DNA of 64,000 nucleotides from Spirochaetia bacterium (GCA_963675665.1 OY776510.1:2976001-3040000); one strand, 5' to 3'; positions 38,980-50,587 are shown, counted from the stretch's first letter. Translations and numbers: made by a program. Notes: generated from the sequence alone by a model not told the origin.

Positions 38980-41900
38980 TTGTATAAGTCTGTTGACCCG
39001 AAAGTCAGCTTCCCGAAGATGGAGGAGCGTATACTTGAATACTGGAAGAAAAACAGGATCTTCGAGCGATCAATAGAGCAGAGAGAAGGAAGCAGGGAAT
39101 TTATTTTCTATGACGGACCTCCGTTTGCTACCGGTCTGCCTCATTTCGGTCATTTTGTTCCGGGTACAATCAAGGATATTATTCCCAGGTATCAGACCAT
39201 GAAAGGGCATAAAGTCAGCAGGCGTTTCGGTTGGGACTGTCACGGTCTTCCCGTTGAATACGAAATGGAAAAGGAACTCGGCATTTCAGGAAAGAAAGAA
39301 ATCGAAGATTTCGGTATAGCTGAATTCAATGAGTCATGTCGTTCAATAGTTCTGCGCTATACAAAGGAATGGGAATCGATTATCACAAGGCTCGGCCGCT
39401 GGGTTGATTTTGAAAACGATTATAAAACCATGGAACCGGATTACATGGAATCAATCTGGTGGGTTGTAAAATCGCTCTGGGAAAAAGGGCTGATGTATGA
39501 AGGACACTATATTCTTCCGTACTGTCCAAGGTGTTCGACTGTTCTTTCAAATCATGAGCTGAATCTTGGAGGTTATCAGGATGTTCATGACCCTGCAATT
39601 ACCGTCAAGTTTAAACAGAAAGATACAGAGAATACTTATTTTCTGGCCTGGACGACAACTCCGTGGACGCTGCCTTCAAACCTTGCTCTTGCGGTAGGCG
39701 CAGATGTGGATTATGTGAAAGTCAGGGATGGAGAGGAAAATTATATACTTGCCGAGGCCCGGCTGGAATCATATTACCGGAATGAGGATGAATACGAAAT
39801 TACAGACAGAATGAAAGGCAGCGAGCTTGTCGGTCAGCAGTATGAACCTCTTTTTAACTATTTTGCCGATGCGGTAGAGAGTAATGCGTTTCAGGTACTT
39901 GCTGCTGATTATGTAACAACAGAAGACGGTACAGGTATTGTTCATACCGCACCGGGTTTCGGTGAAGACGACTATAACACCTGCAAAGGCACCGGTATTC
40001 CTACAGTCTGTCCTATTGATGATGAATGTAAATTCACGTCGGAGGTAGCAGACTACCAGAACCGCTTTGTCAAGGATTGCGACAAGGATATAATCAAGAG
40101 GCTGAAAGAAGAAGGAAAGCTGATTAAACGCGACAATTATCTTCACGCCTATCCGCACTGCTGGAGATGCGACAGCCCGCTTATCTACAGGGCCGTTTCC
40201 TCCTGGTTTGTTGATATCGGCAAAATCAAGGACAAAATGCTTGCAGCCAATGATCAGATACTCTGGGTGCCTTCGCATCTGCAGAAGGGCCGTTTCGGGA
40301 AATGGCTTGAAGGCGCGCGTGACTGGGCAATTTCGCGTAACCGGTTCTGGGGAAATCCTATACCGGTATGGAAATGTCCGGACTGTAACGAAATGATCTG
40401 TATCGGTTCGCGCGCTGAACTTGAAGAAAAGTCCGGTCACAAGGTTACCGATCTGCACAAACACTTTGTCGATCATATAGAGATTGACTGTAAATGCGGT
40501 GGTAAGATGAAACGGATACCCGAGGTCCTGGACTGCTGGTTTGAATCGGGCTCAATGCCGTATGCCCAGAATCATTACCCGTTTGAAAACAAGGAACATT
40601 TTGAGCAGAACTTCCCTGCGAACTTCATCTCCGAAGGTCTTGATCAGACACGCGGATGGTTTTATACGCTTACGATTCTTGCAGCGGCCCTGTTCGACAA
40701 ACCGGCCTTTGAAAAGGTTATTGTAAACGGCCTTGTGCTTGCCGAAGACGGCAAGAAGATGTCAAAGTCTGCACGGAACTACTCTGATCCTGTTGATGTA
40801 ATTAATCAGTTCGGAGCCGATGCTCTTCGCCTGTTTCTGATGAACTCTTCAGTTGTAAGGGCTGAAGACCTGAAGTACAGCGACGACGGTGTTCTTGAAA
40901 TCCTTAAAAGCATTATTATTCCGTTGTGGAACGCTTACAGCTTTTATGTGACATATGCCAATCTTGATAAAGCTTCGCCGACCGGGGCTCCCGACGAGCC
41001 GGACAACCCTCTGGACAAGTGGATTCTGTCCGAGTCCGAGAAGCTTGTTTTTGAAGTAACGGAACAGCTTGAATTATACGAACTGCACAGGGCTATTGCC
41101 CCTATATTGAATTTTATTGATCTGCTGAACAACTGGTATATCAGGCGTTCAAGAAGACGCTTCTGGCGTTCGGAAAACGATTCCGACAAAGAGCAGGCAT
41201 ACCAGACGCTGTACACGGTTCTGATGAAGCTTGTGACGGTTGCTTCGCCTTTTATTCCTTTTGTTACTGATGAAATATACATGAACCTCAAACCTGAGGC
41301 TTCCTGTGATTCTGTTCATCTGTGCAACTGGCCGGAATACGATGAAAGCAAGCGCGACCCCGAACTTGAGCACAAGATGGCGGTTACTCGCCAGGCTGTT
41401 TCGATGGGAAGGGCACTGCGATCAATGCATTCGCTGAAAACAAGACAGCCGCTGAAGGCTCTTAACCTGGTAACCCGTGATGAGAGTGAAAAGACAGTGC
41501 TTCGTGAAATGGTTGATATTATTTCTGAAGAACTCAATGTCAAGGAAGTGATCTTCAGGGATAACGAAGAAGAGCTGGTCGAATACAGCGCCAAGGCCAA
41601 TTTCAAGGTCCTCGGGAAAAAACTTGGACCTGACATGAAAACGGCGGCGGCGGCTATTGCGGCTTTAAAACCGGTTGAAATACAGTCTCTGCTTGAAGGC
41701 GCAACCCTGTCGCTGGATCTGAGCTTCGGTACGCTGGAACTCACAGAAGAGTCGGTTGTTATTCAGCGAAGTGAAAAGGACAACATGAAGGTGTTGAATG
41801 ACGGTTCGCTTACAATTGCTCTTGATTCAGAAATGACTGAAGAGCTGCTGTATGAAGGAATGGTACGTGATATAGTCCGATCTGTACAGAATCTGCGAAA

Positions 41901-42099
41901 AGACAGGGACCTTGATGTAACCGACCGTATTATACTTTCAATAAGCGGAAGCGACAGGGTAAAGATCGCTGTCGAAGCTTTTCAGGATTATCTCTCAGCA
42001 GAAACCCTGACTGAAAAATGGAAATGGGAAGAAAAAGCGGACGCTCTGAAGGTGGAGTGCGGAGATGAGGAATGTATTATTGCGCTTAAAAAAGCATAA
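38980..42099 (+). CDS. ileS: Isoleucine--tRNA ligase, type 2
   Basis: DGPPFATGLPHFGH, GWDCHGLP, KMSKS, long type-2 C-terminus; TTG start after GGAGG (track start 38968). Confidence 0.96.
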   Translation: MYKSVDPKVSFPKMEERILEYWKKNRIFERSIEQREGSREFIFYDGPPFATGLPHFGHFVPGTIKDIIPRYQTMKGHKVSRRFGWDCHGLPVEYEMEKELGISGKKEIEDFGIAEFNESCRSIVLRYTKEWESIITRLGRWVDFENDYKTMEPDYMESIWWVVKSLWEKGLMYEGHYILPYCPRCSTVLSNHELNLGGYQDVHDPAITVKFKQKDTENTYFLAWTTTPWTLPSNLALAVGADVDYVKVRDGEENYILAEARLESYYRNEDEYEITDRMKGSELVGQQYEPLFNYFADAVESNAFQVLAADYVTTEDGTGIVHTAPGFGEDDYNTCKGTGIPTVCPIDDECKFTSEVADYQNRFVKDCDKDIIKRLKEEGKLIKRDNYLHAYPHCWRCDSPLIYRAVSSWFVDIGKIKDKMLAANDQILWVPSHLQKGRFGKWLEGARDWAISRNRFWGNPIPVWKCPDCNEMICIGSRAELEEKSGHKVTDLHKHFVDHIEIDCKCGGKMKRIPEVLDCWFESGSMPYAQNHYPFENKEHFEQNFPANFISEGLDQTRGWFYTLTILAAALFDKPAFEKVIVNGLVLAEDGKKMSKSARNYSDPVDVINQFGADALRLFLMNSSVVRAEDLKYSDDGVLEILKSIIIPLWNAYSFYVTYANLDKASPTGAPDEPDNPLDKWILSESEKLVFEVTEQLELYELHRAIAPILNFIDLLNNWYIRRSRRRFWRSENDSDKEQAYQTLYTVLMKLVTVASPFIPFVTDEIYMNLKPEASCDSVHLCNWPEYDESKRDPELEHKMAVTRQAVSMGRALRSMHSLKTRQPLKALNLVTRDESEKTVLREMVDIISEELNVKEVIFRDNEEELVEYSAKANFKVLGKKLGPDMKTAAAAIAALKPVEIQSLLEGATLSLDLSFGTLELTEESVVIQRSEKDNMKVLNDGSLTIALDSEMTEELLYEGMVRDIVRSVQNLRKDRDLDVTDRIILSISGSDRVKIAVEAFQDYLSAETLTEKWKWEEKADALKVECGDEECIIALKKA

Positions 42100-43024
42100 A
42101 ATGCTTAAATGGGCTGCGGTGATTGCCGCAGCTTCGTTTTTTATATTGTCATGTCAGTCGGTGCCTGAAAAAGCCGGGATGGAAAGCAGCGTTCAGCTTC
42201 TTCCTTCAGGTTCGGATGTGATAATCAGGGCTGATATCAGTAAAAGCCGTGATCTTGTCGAACCGGTGATAAGCATGCTCGGCGGCAGTATTCCGGAAAA
42301 AATTGCACAGGATTTTATTGAAAGAACTGAAACTGTCTGGGCAGGGCTTGATTTTGATGCTGAACAGTCAACAGGAAGCATTGTTGCCGAGGGCGATTAT
42401 CCGGGAGGTCTGATTAATTGGGGGCTTTGCCGGGATTCGGACTGGAAAAAGCACAAGTACAGCACCGAGCCTGAGCTCGATATGAAACTTCCGTACTGGG
42501 AGCAAAAATCGGGCCGCAGTCAACTTTCGATCCCGGTTAATGAATACCTGCTGGCCTCAGGCGGCCAAATTGAAGAAATGCTCAGGCTGTGGGCAATTAA
42601 GAATAACAAACCGGCTGATCCCGAATGGATGGAAGCGGAAAGAAACTCCGACGTAACCATAATGACCAGGAACCTGACGCCTGAGGATTACGGCAGGTTT
42701 ATTCCGGAACTTACCAGGGTGCCGCTGAAATCGCTGATATTGACGCTGAACAGAATTGATAGCGACTACCTGTTTTCGGGAAGGTTTCATATGGACAGCG
42801 AGTTGAGCGCGTTTCTGTTTTCCACAATCTTCAGGGCGCTGGTAATAGCCGCCAAAGACGCGAACGGAGAGCGTATGTTTCCGGATCTTAAACAGGTAAA
42901 GATTATAATGGACGGATCGGATGTTGTGCTGAACGGGATGAAACTGCCCGCAGAGACTGTTGCGGCAACCGTGCAGAAATGGTTTGCCGCCGCCGGCATG
43001 AGCGGGATGAACGGAACAAATTAA
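42065..43024 (+). CDS. Spirochaete lipoprotein, possibly TP0453-like
   Basis: FILSC lipobox; ERT..V.AG and G.YP motifs; its position after ileS matches the arrangement I recall from Treponema (unverified). Confidence 0.55.
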   Translation: MRNVLLRLKKHKMLKWAAVIAAASFFILSCQSVPEKAGMESSVQLLPSGSDVIIRADISKSRDLVEPVISMLGGSIPEKIAQDFIERTETVWAGLDFDAEQSTGSIVAEGDYPGGLINWGLCRDSDWKKHKYSTEPELDMKLPYWEQKSGRSQLSIPVNEYLLASGGQIEEMLRLWAIKNNKPADPEWMEAERNSDVTIMTRNLTPEDYGRFIPELTRVPLKSLILTLNRIDSDYLFSGRFHMDSELSAFLFSTIFRALVIAAKDANGERMFPDLKQVKIIMDGSDVVLNGMKLPAETVAATVQKWFAAAGMSGMNGTN

Positions 43025-43034
43025 GGATAGAACT

Positions 43035-43649
43035 GTGATTGGTATAGTAGATTACGAAGCCGGAAACCTCAGAAGCGTTGAAACCGCAATGAGATACCTT
43101 GGAGCTGATTTTTTCATCAGTAATGATCCGGATAAACTGTTGAAAGCAGACAGGATGATTTTTCCCGGGGTAGGCGAAGCAAGAGCCTCGATGGATGTGC
43201 TTGTTAAAACGGGTCTTGACGACACGGTAAGAACATTTGCAGAATCGGGCAGGCCCCTTCTGGGAATATGCCTCGGCTGCCAGATTTTCTTTGATTTCTC
43301 GGAAGAACGCAATACCGAATGTCTGGGCATCATCCCCGGAAAGAATGCTGAATTCTCCAAGGATATGGGGTTGAAAATCCCTCATATGGGCTGGAACCAG
43401 GTAAGGCATGATAACCGGCACGCTGTTTTTTCAGGGATACCCGAAAACTCCTCTTTTTACTTTGTTCATTCATACTACCCGGCGCCTGCCGATAAGAGCT
43501 ATGAAATCGGAGCTACGGAATACGGAATTGAGTTTACATCGGCTGCCGCCGTGAAAAATGTTGTAGCAACCCAGTTTCACCCGGAAAAATCCGGAGAGGC
43601 CGGGCTAAAACTGCTGAAGAATTTTATCGACTGGAATATTAAGGAATAG
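43035..43649 (+). CDS. hisH: Imidazole glycerol phosphate synthase, glutaminase subunit
   Basis: [37 protein letters not shown]. Confidence 0.95.
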   Translation: MIGIVDYEAGNLRSVETAMRYLGADFFISNDPDKLLKADRMIFPGVGEARASMDVLVKTGLDDTVRTFAESGRPLLGICLGCQIFFDFSEERNTECLGIIPGKNAEFSKDMGLKIPHMGWNQVRHDNRHAVFSGIPENSSFYFVHSYYPAPADKSYEIGATEYGIEFTSAAAVKNVVATQFHPEKSGEAGLKLLKNFIDWNIKE

Positions 43650-43660
43650 CGGGTACTGTT

Positions 43661-44428
43661 ATGCTGCAGAAACGAATAATAATATGTCTCGATGTAAGAG
43701 ACGGAAAAACCACAAAGGGTATCAAGTTCAAGGGAAACATAGATATTGGCGATCCTGTTGAAATGGCGGCGGAATACTACCGGCAGGGAGTGGACGAGCT
43801 TGTTTTTTATGACATAACAGCTTCCGCCGAGAAACGGGGAATTATGATTGATGTTGTAGAAAGGGTAGCCGAGCAGATCTTTATCCCGTTTTGTGTAGGC
43901 GGAGGCATAGCGACTGTTGCCGATATGAGAGCAGTTCTTCTTGCCGGCGCCGAGAAAATCAGTGTGAACTCACAGGCTGTGAAAAATCCCGATATTATCT
44001 CCGAAGGAGCGTCCCTCTTCGGCCGTCAGTGTATAGTTCTCGGAATGGACGCTGCAGCCGACAGCGAAATGCCGTCAGGCTACAGGGTAGTAATTAACGG
44101 CGGGCGGACCCCTACCGAACTCGACGCGCTGGAATGGGCCCTCAGGGCGGAAAAACTGGGGGCCGGCGAAATCGTTCTCAATTCGATTGATGCCGACGGC
44201 ACACAGGACGGTTACGAGCTTAACGCCACACGGATGATTTCCGGGGCTGTAGGCATTCCTGTAGTGGCTTCAGGCGGCGCAGGGACGTCGGAGCACCTGA
44301 AAGACGTTCTTACCGCCGGAAAGGCCGATGCGGCCCTTATAGCGTCTATGGTGCATTTCGGCGGATACACGGTCGGCGGAATAAAAGAATACCTCAACAG
44401 GGAAGGAGTTCCCGTCAGGATAGTCTGA
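43661..44428 (+). CDS. hisF: Imidazole glycerol phosphate synthase, cyclase subunit
   Basis: [43 protein letters not shown]. Confidence 0.95.
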   Translation: MLQKRIIICLDVRDGKTTKGIKFKGNIDIGDPVEMAAEYYRQGVDELVFYDITASAEKRGIMIDVVERVAEQIFIPFCVGGGIATVADMRAVLLAGAEKISVNSQAVKNPDIISEGASLFGRQCIVLGMDAAADSEMPSGYRVVINGGRTPTELDALEWALRAEKLGAGEIVLNSIDADGTQDGYELNATRMISGAVGIPVVASGGAGTSEHLKDVLTAGKADAALIASMVHFGGYTVGGIKEYLNREGVPVRIV

Positions 44429-44523
44429 AGCCGGCTTTTTACGATAATAAACTCCAAAACCGTACGTCATTTGTAAAAATGTGATATATTATAAGTGGAA
44501 ATACAGAACCGTTTCCCTGAAAA

Positions 44524-47235
44524 ATGAATTTTAAAAATATTGTTACACTGATTATAATATCGCTTATACTCGCTTTAACCGGGTGTCCGAAGCCGCTTGA
44601 TCCGGTCATGCTCGAGCTTCTTAAGGATCTTGACGCCCCCGAAATTGTTATTATCTCGCCTGCTGATTACAGCGAATATTCTACCGTTCTGGAACTGAAA
44701 GGGACTATTAATGATCTGTCGCTGGAGAACGCTCCAGAAGGGACTTTGTTTCAGGTAGCATACCGGATTATCGGCACAACGATAAGCGGCACCATAGATG
44801 CCGATACGGCAGACGGTAGTTTTTCAACCTTGATTGACGTATCGGAACTGAACGGGGACCAGGTAATTGAAATATCGGCAGAGGACCTGAACGGGAATAC
44901 AGTTATTGTAAATGTAAATATCAGAAAACCCGCGGACGGGGGCGATATTTCAGGTTTCAGCGTGACTGCGGGAAACAAACAGGCGGTTATAAGCTGGGAC
45001 CCGGTGCCGGGGGCTGTCTCATATGATCTGAACGAGATGGCATACGGCAAGAGCACAGCGGGCGTTACAAGTCCATACATATGGAGTAATCTGGAAAACG
45101 GTGAAATATATACATTTGAATTAAAAGCAAATCTTCCTGAAGATAACGGAACCGATGCGTTCTCAAGCCAGGTATCAGTAATGCCGCTGAGCATCAGAAG
45201 TCTGTGCCCTGCGCTGTCGCCGGACGCCGACCGGAATACGATTAAACTTGAGTGGCCGAATATTCCGAATATTTCAACGTTCACAGTGGAAAGGCGCACG
45301 GCGCCGGACGGAACATGGGCGACCAGGAGGCTTTTGCCCAAAGACGCGTATGACGAAACCGGCGGGTTTATAGACGACGAAGTTGAATACGGAGAGTCTT
45401 ATTTTTACCGGGTAAAGCCCAGGGAATATCCCGACATTGTAAGCGAGGCGTGTTTCGCGGCTACCCAGAGATTCGGCGATTACAACGTTGAAGGTATGCT
45501 TGACTTCAACGATGCTGCCAATGATGTACTAATCTCAGGCGATTATGCCTATGTCGGCGTTAATAATGTGGGATTGGTTGTTATAAATATTTCCAGACCG
45601 GAAGCGCCCGAGATTGTAGGCGGCGTTGATGTATCAGGCCCTGTAATGGATTTGGCGATCATGGGAAACAACCTTTTTGCGGCCTGTTTTACAAGCGGTC
45701 TGGCCATTATCGATATTACCAGTCCCGAAGACCCGGGAGAACCGGTATATGTTGCAACGGAGGGCCTTGCAAGCGGGGTAGCAGCTTACAGCAACAGGGT
45801 ATACGTGGCCAACGGCAACAGCGGTCTTGCAGTAGTATATCTCAACAGTCTGCCGCCGCAGGGGGTTTTCCCATATCCAATCAATACCGGCGGATCTGCA
45901 GGGGGGGTAGCGATTAAGGACAGTTATGCTTATGTAGCGTGCGGCAGCGGAGGCCTTGCAGTAATCAATCTGAACACTAATTCCAAAATAACGGCGGCGA
46001 CAACTACCGACGACGCGCAGAATGTTTCGGTTTCGGGCAATTACGCCTATGTTGCATTGGGCGACAGCGGCGTTGATATTATTAATATTGAAACTCCGGC
46101 AAGCCCGGGCTCGGCCGTAAATGTAGTAACATCGGATTATGTTCCGGACGCTGCAGCCGACGGAAAATATCTTTATGCTGCTTCATATGAAAGCGGGCTG
46201 GCGGTAATTGACATATCTGATCCTGAAACGCCGGGGACCCCGGTTTATGTTGATACAATGGGGACCGCGAACGGAGTGGCTGTCGACGGCGGCTATGCAT
46301 ATGTAACCGACGGCTATGAAGGGTTCCGGATAATCGATGTTGCTTACCCCTTTGATACAGGCTCCAATGCTTCCGTAAGTACGGGCGGCGAAATAACTTA
46401 TGTTGAAATTGTTTCCGATGAATACCTTTATGCGGCGGATTACAATAACGGCCTGGCCATTATTGATATATCAGTTCCGCTGGAGCCTGATTTCGTAAAG
46501 TTTTTCGACATTTCCGCTACGCCGTTTTCAATCGCAGCTGCCGGAGAGCATGCGTATATTGCCCATGCCGACGGTATCGACATTCTTGATATAACGGAGC
46601 CTGCATCCCCGAACCTGGTGTCGACTGTCAGCGTCGGCGAAACAGTTTACGATACGGCCGTCTCCGGGTGTTATGCCTATGCCGCGGCAGGCTCCAAAGG
46701 ACTTGCCATTATCGATATTTCTAATCCTTCAGCTCCGGGAAGTCCTGAATATGTCGACACTGAATTTTTTGCAAACGGCGTATGCGTCTCGGACGGTTAC
46801 GCCTATGTATCGGACTGGACAAAAGGCCTGGCGGTCATAGATGTATCCGACCCGGAAAATCCGTGTAGTCCCGTATACGAATATACTACCCAATACGTCA
46901 ATGATGTAGAAATTTTGGATAACTGGGCCATTCTGTCATCGGAATACAAATATATTATATGTATTGATATATCCACCCCCGAGAATCCCGGAAGCGAAGC
47001 GCTATACCCTTTAAACGGTGAAGCGGAAAATATTTTTATTTCAGGTAATTATCATTATATAGCGGACGGAAACGCCGGGACAGCAATCATTAATACAAAG
47101 GACGCATCACCAATAGATAATGCGGTATATATTGCAACCCTGGATTATGTGCACTGTGTCAAGGTTTCAGGCCGGTACGCATATATTGCCGAAGGTTCTT
47201 CAGGACTTAAAGTTGTTGATCTGCTTGGGGAATAA
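44524..47235 (+). CDS. Lipoprotein with Ig/Fn3 domains and 14 LVIVD repeats
   Basis: LALTGC lipobox; Fn3-like SWDPV.GA.SY and EYGESYFYRV; repeats of G.YAYVA....GL.IIDIS.P..P. Confidence 0.85.
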   Translation: MNFKNIVTLIIISLILALTGCPKPLDPVMLELLKDLDAPEIVIISPADYSEYSTVLELKGTINDLSLENAPEGTLFQVAYRIIGTTISGTIDADTADGSFSTLIDVSELNGDQVIEISAEDLNGNTVIVNVNIRKPADGGDISGFSVTAGNKQAVISWDPVPGAVSYDLNEMAYGKSTAGVTSPYIWSNLENGEIYTFELKANLPEDNGTDAFSSQVSVMPLSIRSLCPALSPDADRNTIKLEWPNIPNISTFTVERRTAPDGTWATRRLLPKDAYDETGGFIDDEVEYGESYFYRVKPREYPDIVSEACFAATQRFGDYNVEGMLDFNDAANDVLISGDYAYVGVNNVGLVVINISRPEAPEIVGGVDVSGPVMDLAIMGNNLFAACFTSGLAIIDITSPEDPGEPVYVATEGLASGVAAYSNRVYVANGNSGLAVVYLNSLPPQGVFPYPINTGGSAGGVAIKDSYAYVACGSGGLAVINLNTNSKITAATTTDDAQNVSVSGNYAYVALGDSGVDIINIETPASPGSAVNVVTSDYVPDAAADGKYLYAASYESGLAVIDISDPETPGTPVYVDTMGTANGVAVDGGYAYVTDGYEGFRIIDVAYPFDTGSNASVSTGGEITYVEIVSDEYLYAADYNNGLAIIDISVPLEPDFVKFFDISATPFSIAAAGEHAYIAHADGIDILDITEPASPNLVSTVSVGETVYDTAVSGCYAYAAAGSKGLAIIDISNPSAPGSPEYVDTEFFANGVCVSDGYAYVSDWTKGLAVIDVSDPENPCSPVYEYTTQYVNDVEILDNWAILSSEYKYIICIDISTPENPGSEALYPLNGEAENIFISGNYHYIADGNAGTAIINTKDASPIDNAVYIATLDYVHCVKVSGRYAYIAEGSSGLKVVDLLGE

Positions 47236-47253
47236 AGATAAAAAGCCTGACGC

Positions 47254-47282
47254 TTGACGATTAATACGCATATCATTATATT
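47254..47282 (+). promoter_or_regulatory. Sigma70-type promoter
   Basis: TTGACG-N17-TATATT upstream of the FmdB-family gene. Confidence 0.55.
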
Positions 47283-47325
47283 AACCTCATAGAATTTACC
47301 ATAATTCCAGCTGGAGAAACGATAT

Positions 47326-47661
47326 ATGCCTACTTATGAATACGAATGCGTTGAATGCGGACACCGGTTTGAGGCCTTTCAGAGCATGTCAGACGATCCT
47401 TTAACCGAATGCGAACACTGCAAGGGCCCGGTTAAACGGCTGATTTTCGGCGGTACCGGGGTCATTTTCAAAGGCAGCGGCTTTTATGTAACCGACAGCA
47501 GCAAGGCAGGAAAGCAGAGCACCCAGGCATCAAAAGCCGATTCCGGAGACTCCGGGAAAGATTCGAAGCCGGAAAAGGCGTCAGCTGAATCTTCGACTTC
47601 GGAAAAATCAACGTCTGAAAAGAAAACGGACGCAAAAAAAGAACCGGCGGCAACAAAATAG
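47326..47661 (+). CDS. FmdB-family zinc-ribbon protein
   Basis: MPTYEYEC..CG..FE..QSM.D.PL..C..C, FKGSGFY.TD, low-complexity tail. Confidence 0.92.
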   Translation: MPTYEYECVECGHRFEAFQSMSDDPLTECEHCKGPVKRLIFGGTGVIFKGSGFYVTDSSKAGKQSTQASKADSGDSGKDSKPEKASAESSTSEKSTSEKKTDAKKEPAATK

Positions 47662-47683
47662 AAGGCTGAATAAAGAACATCAA

Positions 47684-50587
47684 TCAGGAAAACCCCGTAT
47701 CTGAATAATAATGCTGTTTCAGTATTGTTTTCCGGGAAATAAATACGGGAAACAGAAAAATACTCACAAAAAAAGATGCCGAAAGTCCCGATATAAGAAT
47801 TATTGCCAGATTTCTGAAAAAGGGATCTGCGGTAAAAAGCATGGGCACAAGGCCCCCGATGCTTGTAATTGTCGTCAGAAAAAGGCCGTTAAAACGCTGT
47901 TTCACAGCCTGAAAACTGCCGTTCCCAAGATTGTCCATGATCAGGATGCCGTTATTGATCCCCATGCCGGAAACCAGAATAAGCCCCAGAATTGTCTCTG
48001 TTCCGAGTTCAAGGCCCGCCATCCTGATGATGACAAGCGGAATTGAAAGGATGAACGGAAGCTGAAGAAGTATCACCCCGGCCTGTTTAAGCGATTCGCG
48101 TTCTATGCTGAGCATAAAAAAGATAAGAATAATTGCCAGGATAAATCTCAGCCACATCCTTCGAAATAACTCCTGTCTTTCGATAAGTTTTGACGATGGA
48201 ATAAAACTGTAGCCGGAGGGAAGTTCAATCCTGTCAAGTTCTTCCCATATCATGGCGTTTAGTTTTACGGGATCCATTTTACGGCACGTCACAGTAAAAC
48301 TTTCAGAATGCTGACGGTTCAGCCTGTTGATACGGGAGGTGTCGGTTGTCTCTGTAAATGTACCCAGTTGATCAAGCCTTGAGAATGAGTCCGGATCTGC
48401 CCCGGATATCTTGAGTGAACCGAGCTGAGAGGCGGTCAGTTTTTCATAGTCGGCAGCCATCACTCTCAGGTCTCTTTCCTTCCCCGAAAAATACCATTTG
48501 TCCGCGACCGGGCCCTGAAGGTTCCACCGCAGAAAAGATGCCGCGGTTGAAGCGGATAATCCGGCTGCCGCAAGGGTTTCGCTGTTCGGGATGAAATGAA
48601 AGGCCGGGGGAGCATCCTTGAAATGAAGCACGCCTTCAAGGACCCAGTTGTTTGCGAGTAAACCCTTAAGCGCTTTCCGCGAGATCTCTTTCAGTTTGTC
48701 CGTCCCGGCCCCCGTTACCGATATCGTAAGTTTCAGCCTGTCGCTCCGATCGCCGTCAGGTATATAGATAAATCCGCCGGGGATGGTATTCCCGAGAGCT
48801 TTAAGACGGGTGAGCATTGCGTTTCTGTCCGTTTTTTTTTCATTGAAGCGGACCGTGAGGTTACCGCCGCCCCGGCGCGAGGTTGACTGGACCGATATAA
48901 CCGGCTCTTCCGACTCTATATCACCGCACAAACTTCTTATTTTTGAATCGGAAGATTGCATACTCTCTCCCTCTTCAAGCTCTACCCCGGCGAAGATAAC
49001 AGGCGAATCGGCGGGAGTGTCGAGCTGTATCGGAAGGGCTGCAAGACATATAATCCCTGCAAGCGGAAGGATTGTGGACGCAGAAATGAATATCCTGCGT
49101 TTATAAATGCTGCCGGATACGGAAGCAATTCGTTCGGAAAAAGAAAGAAGCCTGCGGCGGAGCTTCGCAAGAAAGAAAATAAAGCGTCCGGAAGGCCGGG
49201 CCGTCGTTATTCTGTAAAACGGGGGGATAAAGATAAGCGAAACAACAAGCGAAACGGAAAGCATTACAGCAAGGGCTGCAAGCAGCTGCCTGAGTCCGGG
49301 AATCTCGCTGGTAAGAGAAATGACCGGCAGCATGGCCGCAAGCGTACTCATAGTCGACGAAACAAGGGGTTTTATTATCTCCCTTATAGTTCCCTCTGTC
49401 CGCTCAAGGGCATCGGTTGTAAGCAAAGCTGAATCGAGAATCATCCCGATTCCTACCGTAAGCCCCGCAAGAAGCCAGCGATCGGGCGAGAGACCGGCAA
49501 CTGCGAGCAGTCCCAGCGAAAGAAGAAGTATAACCGGCTGGGTGAAAAACAGCGTTATTACCCTGTAGTTACGCACCCTGAACAACAGCAGCATTGCGCT
49601 TGAAACAAGCATGCCGATAGCCAGGGCCGCGGCAATTTTTTTAAAGGAGTTCTCAAGCTCGGCGCCCCTGTCGTATACTATTTTAGCTTCATATCCCCTA
49701 TTTTCCCATCCGGCAGTTTCGTTTCTGAGGTGTCTTGAAATGCTGATAAGGTTGTTTGACGAGCTTTTGATATGAAGACTTACCCGTTCCCTGCTGTTAA
49801 GTCTGCTGATGTTTTCGGGCTCGCGGAAAGAAAATCCGACTTTGGCGATATCGTTGAGTTTTACCGCCTGACCGACAGGCAGCGCGCGCAGTTCGTTAAG
49901 CGATTTAATCCTCGCTTCAACCGACAGGGGGAAACGGTTTTTGCCGTTATCTATTTCTCCGGCGGTGCGGTATATATTTGAATTGCGAACAAGCGAAGCA
50001 ATGGAATCCGGGCTGTACCCGAAAGCTGCAGCCCTGTCTGTGTCGACGTTAACGTGTATCTCCGGCAGGGCCCCTCCCGAGATTTCTATCTCTCCCAGGC
50101 CCTCAATTCTTGAATATGAGGGTTTGATTTCGTTTTCAACAAGGGGCCTCAGTTCCTCAGTACTCAGGCTGTTGGAAAATGCAACAATGAAGATTGCCTG
50201 CTGATCGCTGCCCGAGTTGAATACCTGGGGTTTCTGGACAGCCGGATTATGCTGCGATATCCAGGCATAGCTTCGATCTATTCTCTCACGGGCCTCGATT
50301 AGAAACTGATCAATATCGGTTGATGAAGCCAGACGCAGATCAAGCCTTGAAAGCGAGAACTCGCTGCCTGATTTTAATTCCTCAATGCCGGCAAGTCCGG
50401 ATACTGCTTCTTCCATGGGAATGGTGATGCTTTTTTCAATCTCCTCTGCAGTTACGCCGTAAAATCTGGTGATTATTGAAAGACGTGCTGAATCGATATT
50501 CATTCCGCCCGGATCGGTATCGGAGAGAAACCATGCGGCGGCAAGGAGCAGGGCCGCCAGCAGCATTGAAGCGGCGGTTTTTGTCAT
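47684..50587 (-). CDS. RND (AcrB-family) permease, divergent copy 2
   Basis: EEIEKSITIPMEEAV, GIGMILDSALL, GINNGILI; 12-TM RND layout. Confidence 0.85.
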   Translation of the reverse strand: MTKTAASMLLAALLLAAAWFLSDTDPGGMNIDSARLSIITRFYGVTAEEIEKSITIPMEEAVSGLAGIEELKSGSEFSLSRLDLRLASSTDIDQFLIEARERIDRSYAWISQHNPAVQKPQVFNSGSDQQAIFIVAFSNSLSTEELRPLVENEIKPSYSRIEGLGEIEISGGALPEIHVNVDTDRAAAFGYSPDSIASLVRNSNIYRTAGEIDNGKNRFPLSVEARIKSLNELRALPVGQAVKLNDIAKVGFSFREPENISRLNSRERVSLHIKSSSNNLISISRHLRNETAGWENRGYEAKIVYDRGAELENSFKKIAAALAIGMLVSSAMLLLFRVRNYRVITLFFTQPVILLLSLGLLAVAGLSPDRWLLAGLTVGIGMILDSALLTTDALERTEGTIREIIKPLVSSTMSTLAAMLPVISLTSEIPGLRQLLAALAVMLSVSLVVSLIFIPPFYRITTARPSGRFIFFLAKLRRRLLSFSERIASVSGSIYKRRIFISASTILPLAGIICLAALPIQLDTPADSPVIFAGVELEEGESMQSSDSKIRSLCGDIESEEPVISVQSTSRRGGGNLTVRFNEKKTDRNAMLTRLKALGNTIPGGFIYIPDGDRSDRLKLTISVTGAGTDKLKEISRKALKGLLANNWVLEGVLHFKDAPPAFHFIPNSETLAAAGLSASTAASFLRWNLQGPVADKWYFSGKERDLRVMAADYEKLTASQLGSLKISGADPDSFSRLDQLGTFTETTDTSRINRLNRQHSESFTVTCRKMDPVKLNAMIWEELDRIELPSGYSFIPSSKLIERQELFRRMWLRFILAIILIFFMLSIERESLKQAGVILLQLPFILSIPLVIIRMAGLELGTETILGLILVSGMGINNGILIMDNLGNGSFQAVKQRFNGLFLTTITSIGGLVPMLFTADPFFRNLAIILISGLSASFFVSIFLFPVFISRKTILKQHYYSDTGFS

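Noticed and set aside
38980-42099. Type-2 IleRS as an acquired mupirocin-resistance gene
   Set aside because: Type-2 IleRS is the usual housekeeping form in spirochaetes, and there is no mobile context
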